A DNA stretch of 64,000 nucleotides from Octopus sinensis (lineage: Eukaryota), in NCBI RefSeq assembly GCF_006345805.1, contig NC_043001.1, positions 56,854,001 to 56,918,000 of the forward strand, given 5' to 3'. The notes beneath the pieces were generated by a model. The model worked only from the letters and a program-made list of their open reading frames with translations. It did no database searches and was not told the DNA's origin. Position numbers and translations under genes: made by a program. Below are positions 1 to 10,219 of this stretch, in pieces; position 1 is the stretch's first letter; every line of letters starts with the position of its first letter.

Positions 1-376
1 AATGAGAACCTTAAATATATTAATAAACACTCCTTTCAGCCATTTATTGTATTTCAAAACTTAATTTCAAATATTAGCCGTACGATCAATGCCTTTCTCC
101 TCTAAAGAAGTATTTGGAAAGGCTGCCACATATTATAATAAGGCCCGCAGGATAGCAGATTTACTGATAAAATCTACTACACCCCCTACCTCCTCTATCA
201 TTTAATCATAGGTATAGATCTCGGAAAGTTTTATCATTGCCCACCACTTTCTTGCTTAATGTTAGAACAAATATTGGTGGAAGATTCTTGTAGTTTTCAA
301 ATATCACCTTCCTTAGAACTCACAAATACAATAAAATCGTTGACACACGTTACAAGTTATCTTTTTTTGTCCCCTA

Positions 377-407
<31 letters not shown>

Positions 408-720
408 TTTCTATCTATCATCTCTCTCTATTTATCTATCTCTCTGGCTATCTGTGTGTGTGTGTCCACGTTATGGATTCCTGTATAAAGCCATTAATTT
501 CTACCTTTAACTCTAGGATATCAATAATCAACGGACGACTTAAACCTGCCTCGGATGCACATATAGAGATAAATCTAAATGTACTTTAGGAGAGGAGTGC
601 GATATATCTTCCGTTGTTTATGAAGTACATATTTCAGGAAACTACGACAATGGTCGTACAAATATCATATGTTATATCGGAGCAGTATAAAGGAAATTTA
701 AATATAGATATCGAATTTTA
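1..720 (+). mobile_element. Degenerate Penelope-like element fragment (RT C-terminus/linker + GIY-YIG endonuclease start)
   Basis: Manual translation across frameshifts gives SSKEVFGKAATYYNKA, RYRSRKVL..NVRTNIGGRFL..RTHKYNKI, then after a (TATC)n interruption GCTYRDKSKCTLGEEC..SSVVYEV..CYIGAV*RKFKYRY. This matches the PLE CxC..CPLxGxC linker and the VVY/YIG motifs. Stops and frameshifts are present. Confidence 0.75.
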
Positions 721-881
721 GGTGAGACATTCAACATTCATTTCGACTTTAATCTGCAAACGAAGGCACCAGTTTCGACATCAAAGAGAGAATCCTTTCC
801 AAATTCAGACCTTTTATTAACGGGCCCAAAAAATGTTCAGGGAGTTCTCTTGAAAAACTGTATTCTTTAAAAAAACTAGAG

Positions 882-1160
882 GGACTGGCTGTGTGATAAG
901 TAGGTTGCTTACCAACCACGTGGTTCCGGGTTCAGTCCCACAGGGTGGCACCTTGGGCAAGTGTCTTCTACTATAGTCTCGGGCCAACCAAAGCCTTGTG
1001 AGTGGATTTGGTAGACGGAAACTGAAAGTAGCTATTCGTATATATGTATATATATGTATGTATGTGTGTGTATATGTTTGTGTGTCTGTGTTTGTCCCCT
1101 CAACATCGCTTGACAACCGATGGTGGTGTGTTTACTTTTCCGTATGCTTGACATCGAGTA
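882..1160 (+). mobile_element. tRNA-type SINE (family A) with internal TA/TG microsatellite
   Basis: Pol III B-box-like GGTTCAGTCCC at ~929-939. The body (ggcaccttgggcaagtgtcttctactatag..gtgagtggatttggtagacggaaactgaaag) recurs in reverse at 5055-5390, 33385-33730 and 49410-49760. Confidence 0.8.
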
Positions 1161-1740
1161 GTTTTAGCATTGGTCATCTCCACCCGTATTTCGTTTACAC
1201 TCTTCTTTACCAACGTCTCTTGTTGAAACCTTATCTGCTCAAAAGACAATTAACAAAAGATCTTTTCAGCTCGATAAATGACGGAATAAATTATTTCCAC
1301 CAGGAAACCCTGGATAACTGTATTTACAAGACTCATGTTTTTATATTATGAGATTATCTGTACTCTCTTAGCTGATCGGGTGCTTTGCTACGTGTTGGAG
1401 CATTAAGACACGATGTGTGTGCATAAAAGAATATATATATATATATATGTTATCCGTAATAATGAAGGGTGAAATTAATTAATTTGGAAAAATTATCAAT
1501 TACACCAAGTAGTCTTCGGCATGTAAAAGCCTCATTCGAGGAAAATTAAGTAATACTAAGCAATAAGGGTTTAGCAACGAGTTGCCTTACCACATACCGA
1601 ATTTAGAAATAGCAGTCAAGGGTTATAGCTATTTCTTCTACTAAAAAGGGAGATCTCAGTAAAAACAGCATTTGGAAGGCAGACACAAACAGGTAAGAGA
1701 GAATGAATTGACTGCAATCTATCATACATTTTTTTAGTTA

Positions 1741-1846
1741 TCCACGGACGTACGTTTCGAAATCAAGTTTTTAGGAAAGCATAAGAATTAAATATTAAAT
1801 ATTAAATAATTCTATCTTACCGAACTTCTTTTCTCTTCAGCGTAGA
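1741..1846 (-). ncRNA. Type-I hammerhead ribozyme motif, array copy 1
   Basis: Minus strand reads TCTACG-CTGAAGA-[stem II]-GAAA-CGTACG-TC-CGTGGA, with an intact core and GUC cleavage triplet. Confidence 0.8.
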
Positions 1847-2340
1847 ATACTATAATCATAAATGATTATATATTGAATTTTGAGATACCAGAAGGCACCA
1901 ACTCAACTCAGTATCAGAGCGAGCTAGAATCCGCAACTGGTATCACCGAATTCAATTTGTTGAAATGAAACGATTGTGTCAACAGCCCCTTCCCACCCGC
2001 GTGTAGCCAAAACAAGATGCTGCGGTCATCTACTGAGATAAAATATGGTTATCCGTAATAATGAAGGGTGAAATTAATTAATTGGAAAAATTATCAATTA
2101 CACCAAGTAGTCTTCGGCATGTAAAAGCCTCATTCGAGGAAAATTTAAGTAATACTAAGCAATAAGGGTTTAGCAACGAGTTGCCTTACCACATACCGAA
2201 TTTAGAAATAGCAGTCAAAGGGTTATAGCTATTTCTTCTACTAAAAAGGGAGATCTCAGTAAAAACAGCATTTGGAAGGCAGACACAAACAGGTAAGAGA
2301 GAATGAATTGACTGCAATCTATCATACATTTTTTTAGTTA

Positions 2341-2446
2341 TCCACGGACGTACGTTTCGAAATCAAGTTTTTAGGAAAGCATAAGAATTAATATTAAATA
2401 TTAAATAATTCTATCTTACCGAAACTTCTTTTCTCTTCAGCGTAGA
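2341..2446 (-). ncRNA. Type-I hammerhead ribozyme motif, array copy 2
   Basis: Same motif as copy 1, with an intact core. Confidence 0.82.
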
Positions 2447-3160
2447 ATACTATAATCATAAATGATATATATTGAATTTTGAGATACCAGAAGGCACCAA
2501 CTCAACTCAGTATCAGAGCGAGCTAGAATCCGCAACTGGTATCACCGAATTCAATTTGTGAATGAAACGATTGTGTCAACAGCCCCTTCCCACCCGCGTG
2601 TAGCCAAAACAAGATGCTGCGGTCATCTACTGAGATAAAATATGGTTATCCGTAATAATGAAGGGTGAAATTAATTAATTTGGAAAAATTATCAATTACA
2701 CCAAGTAGTCTTCGGCATGTAAAAGCCTCATTCCAAATGCTGTTTTTACTGAGATCTCCCTTTTTAGTAGAAGAAATAGCTATAACCCTTTGACTGCTAT
2801 TTCTAAATTCGGTATGTGGTAAGGCAACTCGTTGCTAAACCCTTATTGCTTAGTATTACTTAAATTTTCCTCGAATGAGGCTTTTACATGCCGAAGACTA
2901 CTTGGTGTAATTGATAATTTTTCCAAATTAATTAATTTCACCCTTCATTATTACGGATAACCATATTTTATCTCAGTAGATGACCGCAGCATCTTGTTTT
3001 GGCTACACGCGGGTGGGAAGGGGCTGTTGACACAATCGTTTCATTCACAAATTGAATTCGGTGATACCAGTTGCGGATTCTAGCTCGCTCTGATACTGAG
3101 TTGAGTTGGTGCCTTCTGGTATCTCAAAATTCAATATATAATCAGTTATGATTATAGTAT

Positions 3161-3267
3161 TCTACGCTGAAGAGAAAAGAAGTTTCGGTAAGATAGAATT
3201 ATTTAATATTTAATATTTAATTCTTATGCTTTCCTAAAAACTTGATTTCGAAACGTACGTCCGTGGA
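3161..3267 (+). ncRNA. Type-I hammerhead ribozyme motif, array copy 3
   Basis: Helix I is TCTACG 3161-3166 / CGTGGA 3262-3267. CTGAAGA is at 3167-3173. Stem II is closed by G3174-C3249 (GAAAAGAAGTTT/AAACTTGATTTC). GAAA is at 3250-3253, helix III is the palindrome ACGTACGT, and predicted cleavage is after C3261. Confidence 0.85.
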
Positions 3268-3758
3268 TAACTAAAAAAATGTATGATAGATTGCAGTCAA
3301 TTCATTCTCTCTTACCTGTTGTGTCTGCCTTCCAAATGCTGTTTTTACTGAGATCTCCCTTTTTAGTAGAAGAAATAGCTATAACCCTTTGACTGCTATT
3401 TCTAAATTCGGTATGTGGTAAGGCAACTCGTTGCTAACCCTTATTGCTTAGTATTACTTAAATTTTCCTCGAATGAGGCTTTTACATGCCGAAGACTACT
3501 TGGTGTAATTGATAATTTTTCCAAATTAATTAATTTCACCCTTCATTATTACGGATAACCATATTTTATCTCAGTAGATGACCGCAGCATCTTGTTTTGG
3601 CTACACGCGGGTGGGAAGGGGCTGTTGACACAATCGTTTCATTCACAAATTGAATTCGGTGATACCAGTTGCGGATTCTAGCTCGCTCTGATACTGAGTT
3701 GAGTTGGTGCCTTCTGGTATCTCAAAATTCAATATATAATCAGTTATGATTATAGTAT

Positions 3759-3864
3759 TCTACGCTGAAGAGAAAAGAAGTTTCGGTAAGATAGAATTAT
3801 TTAATATTTAATATTTAATTCTTATGCTTTCCTAAAAACTTGATTTCGAAACGTACGTCGTGGA
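3759..3864 (+). ncRNA. Type-I hammerhead ribozyme motif, array copy 4 (one C missing at the cleavage site/helix I)
   Basis: CTGAAGA is at 3765-3771 and GAAA at 3848-3851. It reads GTCGTGGA instead of GTCCGTGGA, which may be a variant or a homopolymer error. Confidence 0.65.
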
Positions 3865-4049
3865 TAACTAAAAAAATGTATGATAGATTGCAGTCAATTC
3901 ATTCTCTCTTACCTGTTTGTGTCTGCCTTCCAAATGCTGTTTTTACTGAGATCTCCCTTTTTAGTAGAAGAAATAGCTATAACCCTTTGACTGCTATTTC
4001 TAAATTCGGTATGTGGTAAGGCAACTCGTTGCTAAACCCTTATTGCTTA

Positions 4050-4091
<42 letters not shown>

Positions 4092-4353
4092 GTATAAGTG
4101 CATAGCCCGCTTTTTGCATTTGACTGTAGTCACTGTTACATCAATATTCTTCCCTGTGATCGTGAAAGCTTTGTATTTCTGTCGTAAGGCTTCATTTCCA
4201 CACACGCCAGCTGAATTCAATTCGTCCCCAGTCGAAAGACACCTGTTGTTGTTATTATTATTATTATTATTATTATTTTTTTTTTTTTCTTCTTTCAAAT
4301 TTGCTTCCATTTCTTGCCGAGTGTCTTCCCCACTCCTAGGGCAAAGAAACTCA

Positions 4354-4405
<52 letters not shown>

Positions 4406-4419
4406 GTATTTATATTCGT

Positions 4420-4650
4420 GTAACATCGTCTGTTTTTCTGTCCTTGTTTTCGTATACATTCGATGCTTTTCTTCTAAGGAGTCTAATGCACTTAGCTTAG
4501 TTTTTCCTTGGGGCTGGCCAGATTGGAGCAATCTCAGGATTAATCAGCCGAAATTGCGCGGATGATCTGGTTCTTGACTGAGGATAAAAAGTTTCGAATG
4601 ACCCGTCCTTGTGTTTTCTTTTGTATCGTCTATCTGGATGTTTTGTTGTC
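4420..4650 (+). repeat. Dispersed structured repeat, same family as the core of the 761-bp tandem unit at 45422-47193
   Basis: Shares cattcga..cttagttttt..ggctggcc..aatctca.gattaatcagccgaaatt..gatgatc.ggttcttgactga..tcgaatg with the minus strand of ~45497-45638. Confidence 0.75.
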
Positions 4651-5054
4651 CCTTTTTGTATCACCTAGTTGCCCGGATGGTTTGCATTCTTATTCCATTT
4701 TGTATTTATATATATATATATATACACATATACATACATGTATACAAGCGCACCCCCCCACACACACTTCAGCAGTGTAACTACATACATACTGTTCGTG
4801 AATTTTATCCTTCTTTCGACTTTTCCCTTATTCTTTTGCGTCGAAGAGCTATGCTCGAAATGTCAAAACTCTCCTTTTTTACTGAGTTTCAAACTAATAA
4901 ATTCCATGTGTACGTCCTCTTGTTGTTTGTTATTGTTATTTTTAATGTATATTTATTTAATTTGTCTATATATATTTAAATATTTATCTTTTATTTTTTT
5001 GCTCCAGTCATTAGACTGCGCTCATGCTGGGGGCATCGCATTGAAGAATTTTAG

Positions 5055-5390
<336 letters not shown>

Positions 5391-5402
5391 GCCTTTACTG
5401 TC

Positions 5403-5660
5403 AGGTATCTCCACAAACTTGGTTATTACGGCAGAGCAACAAGAAGGAAGCCACTTCTTCGAGCAGCCAACATCAAGCGGAGAAAAGATTGGGCCAGTGA
5501 GATGGTGGAGAGGCGATTAACATTTTGGGACACTGTCATATTCTCGACCACTGTTATATACAAATTTGCTGTATTTCCTGACAGTGGTCGAGCGTGAGTC
5601 TGGAGACTGTGATGAAGGACTTGATGTGAAAAGGTTGCAGCCAGCAATGAAACACAATGA
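5403..5660 (+). pseudogene. Tc1-like transposase fragment
   Basis: Translates to RYLHKLGYYGRATRRKPLLRAANIKRRKDWASEMVERRLTFWDTVIFS...FAVFPDSGRA*VWR..EGLDVKRLQPAMKH, containing the Tc1 RRKPLL / W..VIFSDE / VWR / P..KH motifs. Disrupted. Confidence 0.85.
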
Positions 5661-6051
5661 GTGCATCTAGGATTAATCTTTCTTAATAACGATTTTTGAA
5701 AACTCATGTTGAGTTGGAAACAATCATGTTCCTCAGTCCATTAGTCTTTTAGCAGAATGAAATGATAGTAAGAATTACCTGGTCTTCTTCATTTGCATTG
5801 GAACTGTCATAAGTGGTCATGAGAATAATAATGAAAGTCCCAATGCCTGATTTACAATTATTCAGTACCTAATCCTGGCAGATTGCACAGTTTATGTGGC
5901 ATGTGTTGTAGGTATGTGAATCTTTTTTACTCTTGGTGAAAGTCTCTTAATCATCTTTCTAACTACTTAGTGGATTTTTGTAGTGAAATTTTTCCTGCAA
6001 TTTAAGCCATGAAATACCTGAACTTTTGGGTAATTTTAAACTGTTGACGAG

Positions 6052-6082
<31 letters not shown>

Positions 6083-6166
6083 TGTGTGCGAATGATATAT
6101 ATGAAAGTGAAAGAGAGAGAGAGTTATAGATAGAGAGGTAGATTGATAGCTACATATATATATATA

Positions 6167-6548
6167 TCTCTCTATATAAACGGCAGTTTGTCTGTGCGTG
6201 TTTCTGTGTGTCTGTTTGCTTGTACCCTCACCCTGACCACGGCTTTCAACCGATTCTGATGAAACTTGACACACACATAGCCCAATGTCATAATTCAAAA
6301 CTAACGCAGCGAAAATTTTGAAAAGTTCCCCCAGTTCTGAAAAAAATCGATAAATTCGACATGGGGTCGAGAATCAGGAATACGAACCACAAACTGTGTA
6401 GGGGACGCAACTCTACCATTTTTAAATCTCAAAAAAAAATTTACCATCATTTTTTTCCATTTGTTTGCTATTTTTTGGCTATAACTCTCTAAAAATGCTT
6501 TATAGTTATTTCCCTTACAAACCTGAGCAACGCCGGGCGATACTGCTA

Positions 6549-6549
<1 letters not shown>
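6167..6549 (+). mobile_element. Non-autonomous Helitron
   Basis: 5' TC follows A6166. A subterminal GC-rich hairpin (cctgagc-aac-gccggg) precedes the 3' CTAG at 6546-6549, followed by T. It sits between A and T inside a (TA)n tract. Confidence 0.8.
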
Positions 6550-6606
<57 letters not shown>

Positions 6607-6955
6607 AGATAGGGGTTGAAAATTCAACCCACCATGGGATAACATATATCCAATATACTGCTAGATAGGTACCCAACAAGGCTAATACATAGATGTTAAA
6701 ATTGCCAAACAATCAGTTCATCTATTGTAGCCAAATATGTATAATAACTGTACTTATTAATATTAATATATACACTGATATATATTTTGTTTTATTTTGT
6801 TTTGTTTACCTTCCATTATTGTACCAATGAGTATTATATTATATATGTGTAGCATTATGAAGTTTATGCATAAGTTTTTATATTTTACATTTTTATATTT
6901 TTATATTTATATGTATATGGAAAAATAATTTTTTCACAATTATAACAAATTAAAT

Positions 6956-7066
6956 TCTCTGAAGAGGCCGTGGGGCATCCTTGTTAATGCCTCATTTATA
7001 CCTGCCTTTATGGCTTATAGGTTAAATGAGGTATCACTGCCCTTGCTGCCGAAACAGCTGTCAGAT
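6956..7066 (+). ncRNA. Type-I hammerhead ribozyme motif (family 2, long stem II)
   Basis: CTGAAGA is at 6959-6965. Stem II is GGC..GGGGCA/TGCCC..GCC with an inner CTCATTTA..CCT/AGG..TAAATGAG hairpin. GAAA is at 7051-7054, helix III is the palindrome ACAGCTGT, and the GUC triplet ends at 7062. Helix I is TCT/AGA (short). Confidence 0.75.
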
Positions 7067-7251
7067 ATGATTTAATTACATATTATATTTTATATTTTAT
7101 ACTTATATTTCCTTGTCTATTTACATTTACTGTATATTTTGTATAATGCCTTTACTGATATGTAATGGTGTAATAAAGTATTGATTGGGTATCATCTGAT
7201 AGTTGATGTTTTATTGATTTAAGTATGTTTCTCCATTTTCTAATTTTGTAA

Positions 7252-7301
<50 letters not shown>

Positions 7302-8399
7302 ATATATATATACGTGAATGCACTCACAAACACATATATACTTACACACACACACACATGCACACACACAACACACCGAAATTAATATCCGGAAGTGTTG
7401 CTTTTGTAGATTCAGAACTGGCCGCACTGCAGAAGTGCTCAGTGTATAGTGGCTCAATGTTGTGCCGCAATATTTTCCTTCAATTATATTTGAAAAAAAT
7501 TCATGCTGCATCACGTGACATGAATTTCTAAAAATACAATTTAAGCCCTTGTGAAATGAATATTCTTAGAGTGTTTGAAAAAGCTGCTATTCATTATTCT
7601 GGGAAATATAATTAACAATTAATAAAATAATCTAACCAAAGTTTTCCATATTTTTCTAAGGGCTTAAATTTAAAATTAGCTTTTGTTTTTCAAAAAGTAA
7701 ACCCACCACCTTGCGACGTACGTCAGTAAATTAAAAAAATTTTATCTCAAGTGAGCCAAATATTTTAAATTTGATCTCCAATGCACCCTGAACTTAAAAA
7801 TATTGAGAGTTACAGACTTATAGTTCTGTTAAGTTTCTATTTATTTCTCACTAATGCATATTAGTATAAAAACATTGAAAGATTTACACGTTTTCTTGTA
7901 TAAATAATTAAAGCTAGTTTCTTTCCATCGACTATTCATGTCGAGATTTCGAAGATTGATCGGTAGGTAATATATGCGGTGGAATTTCATACGATGCTGT
8001 TCTTGAAAAAGACCCACAGAGTCATTTTAAAAGTTGACAGGGAAAATGAATTAGTTTAATAAGTAAAAACGTATCAATATCTAGTCTTCTATACGCCATA
8101 CGGCAAAAAAATATATGTATTTGACTATACGTTTAAAGATACATTCATACACATAGTAACTCGCAGTTTAAAGTGCTTTCATATATACATATTCTAGACA
8201 CATCCATCCATCTATGTAGCAATACCTAGCACACAAACATTCACCCAATATAGTCGCAATACTTGGTCCGTCTGTTAACTCGTAGAGGACACCCTTCTAC
8301 CCTTACCCCTGCTCATCAGATTGATCGTCCTAACCCCTGCTCGCAAGACTGATCGTCCTTACCCTTGCTCGCTAGATTGATTGCACCTCTACCATCTCT

Positions 8400-8870
8400 T
8401 CTCACTCATATCCGTCTCTCAACCACATCCACTCTCTCCTCCTTTTCCATCTCTTTACCCTAACCTTTCGTCGGAAAATCCTACAGGCCTTCCGACTTCT
8501 CTAATCCGATCCTACCACTATCCCTGCTTCCTACAATCCCTCTTCCCTCCTCCAAAAGCACCAGAAACTTACGCGACCTACCGGTCCGTAACTATCTCTC
8601 CTCCCCTTCTCTACCCATCCTGGATCCTGCCCTTGCTCTTGACACCAGTGTCACACCCGGGGTCAAGTTACTGCCGGAGCCTTTCTGTGTGTACCCCTGA
8701 ACGGAACACCAGTCTATCACACGGTTTACTGGCATCTGATGCTAGAACTTAATTTCAGCTACGTACACTGAAACTTGTGCAATAACGTGCTATTGTCAAC
8801 GACATAACCTTCCAATATTCCAACCTACCAACTTGCGACCATGCGCTCAACATTGTAAACAGTAGGACAC
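8400..8870 (+). mobile_element. Degenerate Penelope-like fragment (thumb + Cys-rich linker)
   Basis: Translates across frameshifts to RRKILQAFRLL*SDPTT, RNLRDLPVR and PGSCPCS*HQCHT, resembling the PLE RHFRLLQSDPTT..RNLRD.LV..PG.FPC..C..C linker. Confidence 0.55.
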
Positions 8871-9036
8871 GCTTCATCACATCACAAACATATATTTGTT
8901 TTTATAGTGATACATGTTTATACAAATATAAAGAAATTTTGCACACTGTTTATACACATATGCAGTAAGGTTGCACACACAAACACATACATTAATCTGT
9001 CACTTATATTTGAAGTATATTATATTTACTAAAATA

Positions 9037-9260
9037 AGCGCCGAGTTGGAAGGTGGCGAAATCATTAGCCCATCGGATAAATTGCTTACCGGTATTTTTT
9101 CCAGCTATGCGTTCTAAGTTCCAATTCTGCCGATATGAGGTTTGCCTTTTATCCTTTCGGGGTCGATAACATAAGGAACATTTGAGCAGTAAGGTTGATG
9201 TAATCGACTAGCTCCTTACCCCCATATTTCAGGTATTGTTCCTATATTCGAAATGATTAT
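9037..9260 (+). mobile_element. tRNA-type SINE (family B)
   Basis: ggcgaaatcattagc..gttctaagttccaattctgccga..tttgccttttatcctttcggggtcgata..; homologous copies are listed below. Confidence 0.75.
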
Positions 9261-10149
9261 TACATCTATTAAAGAACCAGGCGTTAATATATATTAGTAA
9301 AATTACAAAATTAATTATTTAGTATAGATATAATCAAGTTATAATACAAAATATTTATGGTTAGATGTGCTTTAATTTAAAATATATAATTAGAATGGTA
9401 CCCATAATGATATTGATCATCTGGGTACAAATATACTTTATAATTTAAGCAACTTCTATGTATCCTATGCACACTATACGTAATAATCTCTGAATTATTG
9501 TTTTGGCAGGCTATCGAGTTTTGTCCCCAACCCAAATGTCAATTGCCTCAGCTTTTTGTTTCCAGTATAACTTTTTACCTTAACTAAATTACTCCATTTC
9601 AGTTCCTATAAGGGAGGTTGTGTAGTTAAGCTTCTAAAAGCACAGTTTAAGCACTTAGAATTTTTCGAGGTTCCCTAAGATAATGATTATTTTAAGCAAT
9701 CTGATTTTCGATTCATTAGTGGCTAAACAGAGGTCTACTTTATAAGATGCTGTTTTATTAAAAGTTTCTAGAGTTTTTCTTTAGCTAAGCCTTTCCAGTT
9801 AGAAAACATTTACAAGGTTTTAATACAATTACCGTTATCAACAGGAAGTTGATTTAATTTATCGGAGTCACAAGAAGGTTATTTTTATGCAATATTCTTT
9901 TAAATAGATTTGCATAGTGTTTTAGTGTATGAAATTATTGCGGTATTTATCGTTAGAACTAAAAAGCTTGTTAAGCTTATGAAGTCTTTTACTAAACGGG
10001 GTGTGGGTATTGACTCCTGAATTCTGAAAATTATACTAACTTATCTTTCGGCACATATTTTTATTAATCCTACAGCTTTCAGGAAGTGAAAGAATACAGA
10101 ATACAGTGAAAGAATACAGAATCCGTATATATGTACATAGATTAGGTTA

Positions 10150-10151
10150 TG

Positions 10152-10219
<68 letters not shown>

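Larger units (their letters stand above)
1449..4051. repeat. ~599-bp tandem repeat in a divergent inverted array, one hammerhead ribozyme per unit (retrozyme/pLTR-like)
   Basis: The unit start gttatccgtaataatgaaggg occurs at ~1449, 2048 and 2646. Orientation flips at 2731-2733 (TTC microhomology) and reverse-complement units run to 4051. Both outer ends abut (TA)n. Confidence 0.95.

Noticed and set aside
2865-2935. SECIS-like or second HHR-like motif (cgaATGAggc..gccgaag..GAT) in the 599-bp unit; possible selenocysteine codons in PLE fragments
   Set aside because: The SECIS helix does not pair adequately and the HHR core is mismatched at several positions. The PLE linker cysteines are TGC/TGT, and the TGA seen near 8640 is not at a Cys position.
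9340-10020. Possible LINE or PLE coding remnant on the minus strand (YWKQKA..GDKT)
   Set aside because: It is only a short, weak motif amid many stops, so it cannot be assigned by eye.
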